DNA of 64,000 nt from Eutreptiella sp. 'Long Island Sound 2002' (lineage: Eukaryota > Protista > Euglenida). The notes below the pieces were generated by a model that was given only the letters and a program-made list of their open reading frames with translations, had not been told where the DNA came from and ran no database searches. Location of the stretch: assembly GCA_964036045.1 (NCBI GenBank), contig OZ038378.1, positions 41,168,001-41,232,000 on the forward strand, given 5' to 3'. A program made the translations under genes and the position numbers. Below, one piece after another: positions 36,751 to 49,619 of this stretch (within the stretch, counting starts at the first letter, position 1; every line of letters begins with the position of its first letter).

Positions 36751-39700
36751 CCCTCTGCCAGGCCCCCAACGTCTTGTGCCCCCGGGAAGGCCCATAGGAC
36801 CCATCGGTGCAAACGCATAGCGACACGAGGCGGCCCACCAACACAGTGCGGACCAAGGACACAGGATGGCGGCGCGACCACACTGGGCCTTGCACTACAA
36901 TGAGCTGTGGCCCTGATGGTGCGCCTCGAGATGGGTTACCCCCCCGGCGAGGAACCATCCTCAACGTCCCCAACCGGGCGCGCTACTCGGAAGCCGGCAT
37001 GGCACGCCTCCCCCATATCCGCAACCTTGCGGAGGACTGGGACCTCGGCCCCAACTTGAGGGAATGGTACCGCAATCTCGTTGTTTACCTCCTCCAGTGT
37101 CTCCACCACCGCTTCGGCTTGTTCCACTGGGACGCCGAGTGGGCCCTGGGGGTGTTACACGGCATGCACGGCGCTGATTGTGGATAAATCATCAACCACG
37201 ATGGGAGCATGTCCCCGGGCCCCGACTCAGTGTGGCGTGGTTGTGGTTACGGCCCTTCTCCATCCCGGAACGCCTGAGCCACATGGTGCACATAGCGGGA
37301 TGGGTTACCCCACATTTATCCCCCCGACCGTAGGCTGTGCAGCCCACGGCGGCGGGGAGGCAACAATGACCCCTTGACCCGAGACGTAGCTCAACCTCAC
37401 CGTGCCCCTGCCACGGATCGTCAACCAAAGAACCAAGAGTGACGACAACCACACCGGCGTGCCGCTCACGTGCCCCCCCCTTCCGCTGCCAGACGCAACA
37501 CGCCACCCACAACAACCCCACGGAGCAGCTCTACCGGAGGGTTCCGGCGAGCACAAAACACCGCAGCCGGGAGAGCCGCTCAAGCCGCCGCACTCGGGCG
37601 GCGCCCGGGCGCAGCACAACCGGCCCACACATGCCCAAGTTAGCCCGGGTCCACCCGGCCCCCAAGGCTGCGGCCGTCGTAGCCCACTAAGGAGCGGCCG
37701 CCGGACCCCTACAAAACCCGCCGAATCAAGGGCACACGCACATCACCCGGCGGCCCACGCTCCCCCTGCGACCCACTCAATTCCTCCCGACCAACCGCGC
37801 ATCCGGCTCATTGCCTGAAGGCTGCAGGCGATGGACCCGTTAGTAGGCACACGTCCCACCACCACAGCGCCAGGCACGGGGGACCGAGCACAAATTGGCC
37901 CGACAAGTGTGGCGCCCGAGCCCCACACCGAGAGCACGGCACCCTCGGACCCCCCGGGATACCCTCACCCAACACCGTAACACGCGGACTATGACACAGC
38001 CAACAACACCGACTCTTGCACAAGCTTCATGAAGGAGGTCCAGAATTTCGGAGCCATCCTGCGAGCGTTCCATGGCCCAGAACCTCTCACCAGGGCGTCG
38101 TCAACTCTGCATTGTGGTGTCACGTTGACAGAACAACGGAACGCCACCAAAAGGACCACACAACCGACGGCCCTTCCTCCCAAGAGGGACGCGCCCAGCT
38201 TGGGCAAGTGCCACGCTGGAGCAGGCGCAGCATGGCCAACCTCAAAGGCCTGAGCTTCCGTCTCTGTCTAGCAAGAGGCCCACCTCCTTCGCCAAAACCA
38301 GGCTACAACACAAGCCATCAACATCGAAGAGCAGGAGGCCTAGGAGCAGCACATGGCACAACACGGGCGAGTGGCAAAAGCAGGGAACACTGCAACGGCA
38401 CACAATCGTCGAACACCAAACGTTTGGAGCAACCACACATGCCCTACCAAGGCAGCGCCGCCCCACGGCACGCCTTGCGAGGGTTCGCAGCCCCAGAGAC
38501 CCGCGGAGAACGCGGCACGCCACGGGGGACCCACCCTAGCCGACGCAACAAGTGGCCCGCCCACGGGGATGATAGACCACGGCACGGCGGAAAGCACACA
38601 GCCAAGCCTTGACCTGTCCCCACACGGCTAGGCACCCACACTAGGGCCCCACATAGGATGCCCATCCCCGACAGCCCACACCCTACGAAATAGCAGACGC
38701 CGTGCCCCTAGGACCACAAAGCCTCACAGTAGGACATGTGCACTACACAAAGTCTAGACCCCCCCCCCCAAAACAACATGCAGATGCGGAAGACCAAGGC
38801 TATGGACTCTGCGGCCGTCGATCGCACGGCTCACCGGCGAGGAGCAAAATCAGCTGGCAGCCGGTATCCGGTGGCTGCACCAGCGAGCCACATAGTCCAT
38901 GCCCACCGGGGCGCACTCCATCGTGAATCTCATTTTCATACACCGCCCCCTTTCCAACGCGCCCCCTTTGACCAATGCCCCACGTAGCCCAGTGCAATTA
39001 CATCGCTATGCGCCTGAGGGCACACTTGGGGCCGAACACCCGAGACAAGGCCAACCGCCCATACCACACGTGGCACAGGCGGCTACGCCTCTGCATCCAC
39101 GTCGTCATGCAGGCTCTGCGCATTTGGGACCCTTCCCAAGGACATAGTCAGCAAGGCCACACAGGCCAAGGCCGCCAGCGATCCCTCACGACCCCGGACT
39201 CCGCTACCATGAGAATCGGCACCTGGTGTGGGCCACCGCCGCTGACCCCGCCCACTTACCAACCCGACCATTCCTCCCCTCACCTTCAAGCCTTCCCCGC
39301 TTACACAGGCAACCCATGGGGACCCCTAGGACCTCACGCCCAGGGCGGGTTTCCAGATGACCACGATGCACACCCCCGGGGAAGCTAGTGCACCAAACAC
39401 AACAACGGCCGCACATCCCGTCACCAAGTTGTGCGTCGCAACACCTTCGGGGACACCGATGAACCCCGAAACCGCGGCAACACGCCAAAGCCCACCCATC
39501 CTCTACGGCGAACCACACACCCTCAGGACACGCCACATCAGCGCAAAAGGCCCCGCCTACAACTGCAGGTGATCCCAACAATCCCCCCACCCCCGAGAGG
39601 AACACGCCCGCCAATACACGCCCCAACGCCACCGAGGCGCCAGCGATGGCGACCACAACGGAGGCACCCCCCACGTCACCTACCGGCTCACAGACCCGAG

Positions 39701-40299
39701 AACCGCCCAAGGGGCCCCAAGAGTCCCCGTGTTTGGCAACCGGCCACGCTCCACCTGCGGATGCCAACACTGAAGCACCTGGGGAAGTTGGCTACGTGCT
39801 CCACCCTCACGCGGAGGCAGCCACCAACGATTACCACCAACATACCGGCTGCGATGACCACCCCAATCAACCGACGGTCGTCAAGCCGGCCGTCGCGGAG
39901 GTAGCACGGGGCCCAGAACCACAACCATGCCGCGCCGCGGAGTTCCACCACAAGACACGCCAAGGAGAGCCACACCCACTTGCGCCGACCGCGGAAAATC
40001 CCCCGGAAGCCACCGTCGCACCCTGCAAGGGCACAGCCGAAGACAAGGCACGCGGTGATGCGGTGGCCATGTATGCGGTGGCCACCCCCAACCCAAAACC
40101 CGCCAACGGGGGCTCCTACCCTCGAACATTTCACCGCACTCAAATACCGAGCGATCTTCAGCATCCGGCAGCATACCAGTGAAGACCGGCTAGTGGGCAC
40201 CCTCGGGCAGCATCTGCACCAATTCCGCTGACATCATGCAAGTCAACATGCAAGTGCCGTAAGGGATCACCCCCATCTATGTACGGCAACTGGCGGCTG

Positions 40300-41000
40300 C
40301 CCTCAATCCCGGAACACAAATCCCGGATGACATCATGGACAACCGGATCTGGAACTTCAACATCAATCAACCAACCACAGACCAAGACAAGCTGTGGACT
40401 CCACAACCCTCCTAGACACACATCCTCATCGCTCCGCCCTACCGCCCAACCCGGCGCAAATCAACGTCCCACTCCACGACGACCCGCAAAAGTGGGAACA
40501 TGACACCTGGCCATATCGTGTCCAGAACGTCCAACACATGGCCAAGGAGTACGCGGAGACAGCGGGCTCCAACACCCACCCAACGGGGACAAGTGCCCGC
40601 GGCCCTTCCTCCTCATCGTCTTTGAGGCAAAACACTAGTACCACGTCTTGGCCACACCCCGACCGAACGATGGGAATTTGAGGCGGTGGGCTCCATGATC
40701 CCGGCAACCGGGCCCCCGTACCACCACACGGGCACCCTCGACAGAGACAACTAGGACCTCCTGACGGCTATAACCTCGGGACATGCAAACTCATGGCATG
40801 TGGGCAACGTCTTGTACTGCCTGTAGAACCGGGCCAGACGACACTAGCCCTGCACGAGCCGGTGGCGAGTTACCCGGTGCATCCACCGAGACAGCAGGTA
40901 GCAGGCGAAGGCACGCCCTCCACAACCCGCTCCTTGAGCCCCCCCATCAGCAAGGCTAACCTGTGGCCCATCTTTGCCACACATCAAATTTGGATGTACT
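40300..41000 (+). pseudogene. Possible Ulp1/C48-like cysteine protease remnant in LINE-like sequence
   Basis: Across frameshifts: LNPGTQIPDDIMD.RIW, FLLIVFEAKH*YHV and ANLWPIFA, in the order expected for the Ulp1 N-terminal helix, His strand and Cys helix. The Cys position is W here. Confidence 0.3.
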
Positions 41001-42063
41001 TCATTGGAGGGGACCCGGCCATCTGAACACACCTCGAGGCTCACGTTGTCCGGATAGGATTCATCTATGAGATTCTCGGCGCACTCCGCCGCACCCACGT
41101 CAAGGGGGAAACCGCTCGCCACACCCCGATCAGCCCATTGGCATCCCCATGGGAATGAGGAGACCAACCTCCAACCTCGCCGTGCCATCCCACGGGTGCC
41201 ACGGCGAAACCACCCACACAAAAGCAACCACGACACCCGCAACACGCCGCCAACCGGAACGGCACCTTGCGGAACTTGCTGAACGAAGCCGCACCGCACC
41301 CTCAGGCGAACACCCCAACACCATCTGCCACGGCCTCCCCGGCGACACCACATACGACCTCGGCTTGCGGCGACTAACCCACCACCTACGCTAGGGGGTG
41401 TGCCCTGTAGCACACCCCCTGCCAGCCCCAAGCGCCCTGGCTAGAAAGATGCTGATGGCACACCGCGCACTGCCCACCTCAACACACGATGAAGCCATTG
41501 CCGCCGAGGGCACCGTACATGTCACCCGCCACCCAAAAACAAAGGGGCGCAAAGAAGGGACCCAGCCTTTCACCACAACTGGGTGGCAGTTACCTACCCG
41601 CCACCTAGGGCCTGCACCCACCGCGCACAGATGCGAAAAGGGCACCATGGCCCACACCAAGTTGCCCACCTGGAACAGGGGAACTACAGGTCCCCTTACG
41701 CCTAGTAGCACGCCACCCAGGAGCCACGGGCACCCACCAGCTCCACCCTAAGGAGCAACACGCAACACGCCGGCCGCAAATCCCTCCCACCCAGCCAATC
41801 AAGTCACGCATAGCGCTCCCCTCGCCGACCACACCCTACGCCCCACCTTGTCCTACCACCCACAAAGCCCCACCAGCGAAGCACTCCACCAAAACACTAT
41901 GGTGCACCACAAACCACCCATCCCAGCGGCACATCACACCTAACCTCAAGGGGGCGCAAGCCCACATAAGCAGCAGTCCCACAATTAGCACACACATGCA
42001 CACTTACCCGTACACGCTAACCGCGCACCACATCACACACCGCACAAGAGCACTTTCCAATGC

Positions 42064-42696
42064 CGAACAGGGGAACCCAGTGGGAACGGCTGTACTCCGC
42101 CACTGGCGAACGGCTGTACTCCTCGAGGCGCGGTCCACGGTGTCGCGCAAGCTCGCCGTGGCATCCTCGTGTTGGGAGCAGGCACATGTTTCGCTGTCCA
42201 CCGGCATCCAAGCGGAAGAAGCATCCGAATGGCGGCATATGTCCCAAGTGCACGCGGTGACCCTTACGGCCTTACGGCGGACGACTTTGTCGGACCCCCG
42301 ATGGGACGTCCGAGGGGCCACCGCACAGCGCATGAAGCGCCTGCGGGGCGAGAACCCACCCGAGACACACAAGAAACGGAGGACAGAGACGCCGGAGGTT
42401 CCTAGTGATCTCAAGGATATGGAAATCCCGCTGGAGGACATGGGCGATGTCATAGTCTTGACTGGATTGTAACACCCCGAGAGGTCTGGGAGGACGCGCA
42501 TACCCGTGCAAACGGGGCGACAGGGGTGGGGCAAGGCGCAGGACTTGTTCCTCCCGCCCCCCGCCGCAGCCGTCTTGGTGAGGGTAGGTCATACCAAACC
42601 CATACCCAAAGTCGGCCCTGCCACTGACCCGTGACCTGCTATGTGTACTCTCAATGGACACTTGGTGGAACTTCGGTCAGGATTAAAAAAAAAAAA
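42064..42696 (+). mobile_element. Young 5'-truncated LINE insertion
   Basis: Perfect TSD ACAAGAGCACTTTCCAATGC (42044-42063 and 42696-42715; the first A overlaps the tail). A12 tail at 42685-42696. Open ORF C-terminus to the stop at 42472 and about 210 bp of 3' UTR. Confidence 0.93.
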
Positions 42697-43960
42697 CAAG
42701 AGCACTTTCCAATGCACCATTAGGACACTAGGCACCATCGGGATGCCGTAGTGCCAACACATCCCCGATCAATCCAACCTATCATGAGCCAGCCTAACCT
42801 ACCTAACCCATCCGTGGCAAAGCCTAACCCGAAAACCCAAGGAGGGCAACTCGCAGACCGTAAGACTATGCCTCTTGCACTACCCACTGACCTGCCACCG
42901 CAGAACACTACCCCGTAATGGGACCGCCACAACGGGGACTACTCATTAGCGGAGTCCCACAGAGGGCGAGGGTATCGCGAGACAGATGAAACGCTCATTC
43001 CCCTGGGGGACCACCCAGGACAGCTACTGCTGCGTGGCTAGACTTTATAGCACAGAACGGGCCGAAGAATATGCCAGACACAGGCGCAGGGCCCACGGAA
43101 TGTACATAAGGATGGCACCACACATTGGCGACAAGGCAAAGCACGCAGAACACCAATTGCCAAGGTATAGCGGACGCTGAATCACCTTATGAGAGGCCGC
43201 CGGTGGAACTACACTTTGAATCTTGCGTCGTGTTGTGCAGGTGCTAGGGCTGTGAGCAGCGGCTAGAAATCGCAACTCAAGGCCCCGCAAGGGACGAGGA
43301 GCTGGTGAGGTAAGCATAAGCAACCCCCGGGCCAGCAACTAGGGAAAGAACGCACCCCCGACGATGCTTTTCCACACACCCGCAGCCATGTGCCAGGTCC
43401 ACAGGGCAACGGCCACACGGCCCGAACAACCAACCAACAACGACACAACAAGACGACCGATGAGTATCATCTAGACGACATCACGCCCGGCCGGCTACAC
43501 CAAAACACATCGACTCTGCTCCGAATATGGTGCCGCCACTAGGTGGACCACGAGGCACAGACACAACACATGGCCGCTGGAACACAATGACGGCACCCCA
43601 CCACCAGACACAACCCAACCGACAGGACACCAACCCCACAACCCACCGACCGCACGCACCCCGACCGGGACACCACCGGCCCAACAGCTGGCAAATTGGA
43701 CGTCCGCCAACCACCACAACACCAACCAAACCCCGAACAACCAAGCACACACCGGCAAGAATGATGACACTACCACCGCTAGCAAGGTGAACGGCTGACC
43801 AGAACGACTCAACAACACGATGACTAGGCTAACACCAACACAGGTACCACCGGTGCCCCGCATAGAACATTGGATGAGAGACTAATATTGTCCCGTTACC
43901 AGTGGCAATTTTAGGAAATCCGTACCGACGTGCATGCGATATGCTTCGGTCCGCCGCTTG

Positions 43961-44116
43961 AAAGTTTTCGAAAACCCTTGGAAAGATGCTCGGAACTTTT
44001 GGCAGCCAGATTGGCCCCCCAAAACGCAACCGATATCGGTAGGAATGTTCCATTGACTTCCCAGCCGACCGTGCCAGGGGAGCTCGGAAGAAATTTTTTA
44101 GCCCGAACCCAGTGGA
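43961..44116. repeat. ~150-bp repeat R, direct copy at 48594-48746
   Basis: Shared GGAAAGATGCT.GGAA.TTTTGGCAGCCAGAT...AAAACGCAACCGATATCGGTAGGAATGTTCCAT.GACTTCCCAGCCGACCGTGCC. Confidence 0.9.
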
Positions 44117-44127
44117 ACTTTGGTTGG

Positions 44128-44400
44128 ATGCTTGGTGCCTACCTTGCCTGCAAGATGCCATGGAGAACAGTACGTTGAAACTAATGTTTGTCTACCCTTT
44201 GTCTGCTTTGCCTACAAAATTGCATGGAGAACACTGTGCTCAAGCTTATGATTGCTTCCCCTTTGAGCTCCTTTGTGAATTTGCACTTTTGGTTTTGACA
44301 TGTGCAATGCCAGTTTGATCCTTGGTGCCTGCTTTGCCTACAAACTTGCATGGAGAACACTGTACTCAAGCTTATGACTGTTTGCCCTTTGTGCCTTGTG
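44128..44400. repeat. Three-copy degenerate tandem repeat
   Basis: Core TTGCCT(G/A)CAA..TGC(C)ATGGAGAACA at about 44145, 44207 and 44335. Confidence 0.75.
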
Positions 44401-44529
44401 AAGCTTTGTGCCTACTTTTGTGGTTTTCTTTTTGCATGTGTGTCGCTTTTTCACCTTGGCCCCTTTGAGTAGACTCACTATTGTATTCCCTTCTTGTGCC
44501 CAGAACACTTTTTGTCACCTGCAATAGAC

Positions 44530-45140
44530 ATGTCTGGTAGCCAAGGTAGTGCCGCTAGTGCCTCGTCTTCGTCCGCTCAGCCCCCCAAGCCCGTTTAGCA
44601 GCTCTTTGAACCAGATGTGGAGTTTGAGGGCGAGCGCATTGACGCGGACACAACCAATATTGAAGTGCCCGAACCGGGTGATACACAATTGCGCCTCCAA
44701 CACGCCTTGGCAGCACTGTGCCTACGGCATAAGCCGTCAGAGTCCATTGAACCAAGGATGCTAAGGGTTTTTTTTAGACAGGGTCGTCCCTAATGCATAC
44801 CGCATCCAGCCAAAGGATACCTTGCTGGCTATGCTGTTGCAGAAACATTTTTCAATCCCTGTCTTGACGACACGGGAGGCTGTGGGCAAGACAAGCCCCA
44901 GCAAACATGAAACTTCTTACGGTGTACAATACAGAAACCTCTGCATTGTTGGTCTGGATCCAGAATACAACACGGACCGGACCTTTGTAGAGGAATCTGA
45001 TGAGAGGCTGCGTGTGCATTACATGTACTTGAAATCAATACTGTCCAGACACCCGGACAGTACCATTCGCGAGTTAAAGTGAACGCAGAGCGATGTAGTT
45101 ACTTGGTTCGAAGAGGCCAAGGTGAAAAAGCGGTCCAAAA
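44530..45140 (+). pseudogene. Decayed ORF with SWIM-like finger; inverted homolog at 48255-48480
   Basis: Starts MSGSQGSAAS. VGKTSPSKHETSYGVQY...IRELK*TQSDVVTWFEEAKVK matches minus-strand CECSVGKTTPCKHETSYGVQY...IRELKWTQSHIVTWLKEAKVK, which has an intact CxC-x7-CxH SWIM motif (48435-48473). Confidence 0.6.
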
Positions 45141-45656
45141 AGTAGTTACCTGCAACGTGCAGTTCCCCCCCCCCTCTCATTTATTCATGTTCCGTTCGAG
45201 GTTTTGAGGGTTATCATAAACGATGCCTTCTGTGAGTCCCCACATGCAACGATTCACAGCGCCCCCAGAGCCACCATCACAGGTTCACATGTGATGGAGG
45301 TTGTCGGGGAAAAGGACGGTTGGCGGGTGTGGGACCAAGCCCCCTCAGGCACGTGGGAAAAGGTGGTTACCCCCCCCCCCCCCCTGACGGGGAGGTTTTC
45401 AGGACAGACTAGCAACCCACGTACCATGCGCACGGTGTCTTGTGGGGCATTGAGTTTCTTTTGGCCCCAGCCCCCAAACCTTCTTCCGAGGGCGCACGAA
45501 AGCGGCAGAGACTTACCATCTTAGGTGCATGGTTGCAGGCCAAGGGTGAGGTCCAGGGCCAGGTTGAGGCCCCAGAAGCCCCCCCCCCCCCTGCCTAAGT
45601 GGTGCCTGGTGGGTGCGAGCTGACCCAGATATACAGACAGCCAAAGCACAATCACA

Positions 45657-45784
45657 AACCACCTGGAGTGGTACTGAACTGGTCTGCGCTGCAAAGCAGC
45701 AAGGCAAAACATTGAACTGAGTGGTGATGACCATGCGCCTGTGACACGGGGGCGTATAGCCCAGTATCCGTTGCCTCATGGCCC
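45657..45784. repeat. ~130-bp dispersed repeat, second copy at 63215-63345
   Basis: AACCACCTGG.GTGGTAC.GAACTGGTCT...ATGACCATGCGCCTGTGACACGGGGGCGTAT...CCGTTGCCTCATGGCCC in both copies. Confidence 0.9.
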
Positions 45785-45820
45785 TGCCTAAGCTGGGGAT
45801 GCACTGTGTTGGGGTCTTGA

Positions 45821-47086
45821 TTGTCCCTGTGTTTCGCTTTGATGTCTGCAATCTCAGCCGCCCTGGCTGCCCGCGCCCAGCCACCAGCTCCTACCGCCGT
45901 CCCCATCTCCTCGGGTCGACTAGCGGAACTTGGGAGTGGGAACCCCAGCGCCGGTAGCAGTGCCGGTGCCAGCAACCCTTCGCCAGCCACGCCCAATTTG
46001 TGGGAGGCGCCAGCAGCCGGAGGAGCAGCAGGAGTAGCAGCAGCAGAGCCCGCCACCGCCTCAGAAGCAGCACAAGACGCCGAGGACCCCAAGGGCATGC
46101 AGGCTGCTCTCTGCGCAGCTGTGTTGGTGGCTATTGCAGCTGTGCAAGTGCAGATGGTGCTTGCACAGTTGAGTAAGAAGACGGTTAGCTGGTTTGCGGC
46201 CGGGGCACGCTACGGGCCAGGGGGGGAGGGGGCGGTGGTGTGGGTGACTCGGGCGGCCCTGACCCCCCGCAAGCAAGTGGAGCATCGTGCTCCTATTGGG
46301 CAGATGCCCCAAAACCTGGCCAAGGTGGTTCTTGACTTGGCCATTTTTGATCGGAGTGTGGGGGTGTGTGGGGAGGTGGGGGTTCCGGCCCAGTTGAGGA
46401 AAATTATCCTCAAGGAGTACCGATTACCAGCCGATCGGTACTCCGAGTTGAAAGGACAATTTGAGCAGGCGCTCAAGTTGTTTAAGAAGGCTGAGCAGGA
46501 TGTGCGGGAGGGGGTGGGGGGGAGGAGGCAGAGGGGGCAGGGGGTGAAGACTAGGGAGGGAAAGCTGCGGGCAGCAACTACTGCCCACCAAGAAAGGGCA
46601 GAGCATCTGCTGGGGCAGATGCGGGGGCCTTGGGAGGAGGCAAAGAAACGCCGCCTCCTTAAGGCCCCCCTCCCCAAGATGCCCCCCAGCACCCTCCCCC
46701 CCTTTGGGAAATGGGAGGTGACAGGTGGACACTACGAGGAGCTCCTGCATGGTGTGGTTTTTGTGGGGCATCCTGGTGGGTGGGAGGTGTACGACCTGGC
46801 TGCCACGGCAGTTTCAAAGTCGTGCACCCAGAAGTTGAGGGAGGGTGGTATTTCAGTGAGGATACACACCGCCCCCGAGTCCTGCACTCGCCGCAACTGT
46901 ATGCATGTGGCTCTCCGGGTGCTCCTGTGGCACATGAGCCACCCTGTGAGTGTGTGGGGCAACCCACCCGCTCTCAAAAATTTTTCTATGTGGGGGCGTC
47001 AGTGCCGTGAGTTGATGGACCAAACCCTGGCATGGGCCCAGGTGAAAGGGAACTGGAAGTGCCGCCGCACTGGCTGGGGCCCTTAG
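45821..47086 (+). CDS. 421-aa ORF, longest in the window; possible Ulp1-like peptidase fold in its C-terminal third
   Basis: Long open frame with helical and basic segments. LHGVVFVGHPGGWEVYD...SCTRRNCMHVAL has His-Asp-Cys in the C48 order. Start codon is uncertain (TTG). Confidence 0.45.
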   Translation: MSLCFALMSAISAALAARAQPPAPTAVPISSGRLAELGSGNPSAGSSAGASNPSPATPNLWEAPAAGGAAGVAAAEPATASEAAQDAEDPKGMQAALCAAVLVAIAAVQVQMVLAQLSKKTVSWFAAGARYGPGGEGAVVWVTRAALTPRKQVEHRAPIGQMPQNLAKVVLDLAIFDRSVGVCGEVGVPAQLRKIILKEYRLPADRYSELKGQFEQALKLFKKAEQDVREGVGGRRQRGQGVKTREGKLRAATTAHQERAEHLLGQMRGPWEEAKKRRLLKAPLPKMPPSTLPPFGKWEVTGGHYEELLHGVVFVGHPGGWEVYDLAATAVSKSCTQKLREGGISVRIHTAPESCTRRNCMHVALRVLLWHMSHPVSVWGNPPALKNFSMWGRQCRELMDQTLAWAQVKGNWKCRRTGWGP

Positions 47087-47505
47087 GCCCTGAAGGAGAT
47101 GAAAGACGTCTCCGAGAAGTTGGCCCCGGTTGGGGGGGGCAAAGGGCCTGTCCCCTTTGCCCCCCTCTCGGGCAACATGGTGCCCATTGTGGTACTTTAC
47201 TGCACCGCGAATCCTGATTCTGGCCCTGTTATCCCTGGGGCGGGTAAGGGGAAGGGGAAGGGAGGGGGAAGGGGGGGGGGGGGGCGATTGAGACTCTTCA
47301 GACTCTGACCCAGAGATTGCAGTGGGGAAGGGGAAGGAGAAGGGGAAGGGGAAGGGGAAGGGGAAGGGGGTGTGGGATTCAGACTCTGAGTCATCTGACT
47401 CAGAGTCCCAAGTGCCTATTTCCTCCACAGGCGTGAAGGGAGGGCGGGCAGCCCCTGAGTCTGGGGCCCCTGCAGGTAAGAGGAGGAAGAAGACCCGAGA
47501 GTGAT

Positions 47506-47907
47506 GTGGTGTGTGTGTGTGGGACCTGTGGCTCAAAGCGTGGTGTGCGTCAATGGGTACCACTGGACACGGAAGCTGTCTGCAAGTGGCCCAAACTGGG
47601 TCTGAAGAGCCGTGCCACATTTAAGTCCTGTGTTGCACGCCGTAAGGCGCTCAAGGACAAGGGAAAGGGTAAGGGACGTGTGGGGCCCATCCCTCAAAGC
47701 AGAGTTTCTAACCCTGGGACAGTTGGTATTGTACCCCCTTCGGAGGGTGAGGACAGTGCTGCTTCATTTCAAGGTCCTACGGGTTTGAACGAGCACCAGC
47801 GTGTTCAACCCATGAGACATACGAAGTTGGCGCGTGTACCCATTGTTGATAGCGACATTGAGCAGCAACTTGTGTGCCCTCGTGGCAGTGGCAGTAGTAG
47901 CAGTAGT

Positions 47908-47952
<45 letters not shown>

Positions 47953-48216
47953 GATAGTGGGTGCAGTAGCAGTCCTGAGGATAATGATTCGGATGATGAT
48001 GATGTGCACCTATGTGGTGGCTCCACAGTAAGTGCCTCAGATTCTTCCTCATCATCCAGTGACAACCCTGAACCGCAACCTCAACCCAAGAAGTATCGCC
48101 GTGTGGTTGTACATAGTCCTAGGGGAGGGGTGGTGGATGTGGATGCCATGTCAAGTGATGGCTGTCCTGTGCAGATGCTCAACGAAGGGGAGTACAGCAT
48201 TCGCAGTTCAAGCTGA
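47506..48216 (+). CDS. 236-aa ORF: degenerate PHD-like finger, GK-rich and poly-Ser/acidic tail; probable frameshifted continuation of the upstream ORF
   Basis: CVCGTCG...WVPLD...CKW...GL...F.SC resembles a PHD that has lost ligands. It is preceded in another frame by GKGKGKG, DSDSESSDSES and KRRKK. Confidence 0.45.
47893..47952. repeat. (AGC/AGT)n trinucleotide microsatellite (poly-Ser); (GGGGAA)n at 47324-47370
   Basis: Directly visible runs. Confidence 0.95.
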
Positions 48217-48375
48217 AATGACCAGGCAACCTGCTTTTTTTGGGATTAGGGGCTTCACGGAACGCATCTTTTTTGATCAGGCTCAAGACATCGAATGGCC
48301 TTTTCACCTTGGCCTCTTTCAACCAAGTCACTATGTGGCTCTGGGTCCACTTTAACTCGCGAATGGATACAAGTA

Positions 48376-48430
48376 GTGGACTTGTATTGTACACCGTAAG
48401 AAGTGGACTTGTATTGTACACCGTAAGAAG
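48376..48430. repeat. Perfect 27-bp tandem duplication
   Basis: AGTGGACTTGTATTGTACACCGTAAGA twice. Duplicates TSYGVQYKS in the minus-strand SWIM ORF. Confidence 0.92.
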
Positions 48431-49619
48431 TTTCATGTTTACAGGGCGTTGTCTTGCCCACTGAACATTCACATTTCAAGCTTAAGTGAACAGTCATGCT
48501 TGTCTTTTTTTGTGTTTCTTTGCTGAGGTGTGGGATTTGGGAACCAAGAACGGTGTAGTTCATTGTACAAAAAACCAATGGAAATACGCCTGGAAGTTTT
48601 TGAAATCCCCGGGAAAGATGCTAGGAAGTTTTGGCAGCCAGATCGGGTCCCAAAACGCAACCGATATCGGTAGGAATGTTCCATGGACTTCCCAGCCGAC
48701 CGTGCCGGGGGAGCTCAGAAAAAATTTTGGCTCGGACTGGCGTGGATCAACCCTGCAATATGAGTCCCATTTGCTGAGCATAAATGCTGAGCATCCCCAA
48801 ATATCCTGAGCAATATGCTTAGCATTTTCCTGCCATTTTTTACCTTCTATGCTGTGCGTTCCAGCACCATGTGACCAAACGGCCACCGCACCAAACACAC
48901 GTTGGCCAAGACACGACTGACCCCACCCCAAATGCGCCACATCTATGCTGACCCACAACAACCATGACTCGACGGCTGGCCAACCAAACAAGCGCCGAAC
49001 ACGACATGGCCCACCCAACCCCAAACGACCTCACCAAACGTGGGCCTAGACAACAACATCCCCACAGCCGTGTGACCACACAAACCGCAAAGGGAACCTC
49101 ACCACTGTCACTCCAAACCAACTGCACACACGCCGTCCGAGATCACGCCAACCCAGCAACCAAACAAACGCACGCCGGCCAGGGAAAAAACAACCCAACC
49201 CCGACCGGGTCGAGCAATACCGAACACCGGGCACCAAGCGACAACACCAACAGCCGAGCACATGCCGCCCAGGACACCACCGACCCAACAACCAACTAGC
49301 CCAACCCACACTGGCTAGGACAATTGGAATCTGACACCCGACCAGGCGAGCACACGCCGGCCAAGACACCACCAACCCAACAGCTGGCCGGCGGAGCACA
49401 GACCGGCCAAGGTGCTGCCAACCCAACCCCACACATGCCGACCACACGGCGGCCAAGACAACCGCAACCCAACAGTCGACTTGCACGGACGGGACGACAC
49501 AAGACGTTGACCAAGACACGACGACACTTCGAGACCATTGAGACCGTTATGACATGAACCGACATCAACCGCAAGGAGACAATACACACTCCAACTCCCC
49601 GGCCCCCCGGAAGCGCGCA

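Larger units (their letters stand above)
37400..43870 (+). repeat. C/A-skewed decayed LINE-like and minisatellite region
   Basis: Strong C+A bias on plus with many short open frames and CCAAC/CCAACC-rich subrepeats. The 43480-43800 segment resembles 48880-49560. Confidence 0.5.

Noticed and set aside
37180-37225. Additional decayed 2A-like motifs (WINHQP/DGSMSPGP, and about 14850-14880)
   Set aside because: They require frameshifts and lack the ExNPGP core, so they are not supportable.
46853-48065. Minus-strand ORFs with FPFPFP, poly-Leu, poly-Ala and poly-Cys
   Set aside because: These are alternative-frame readouts of the (GGGGAA)n and (AGC)n microsatellites.
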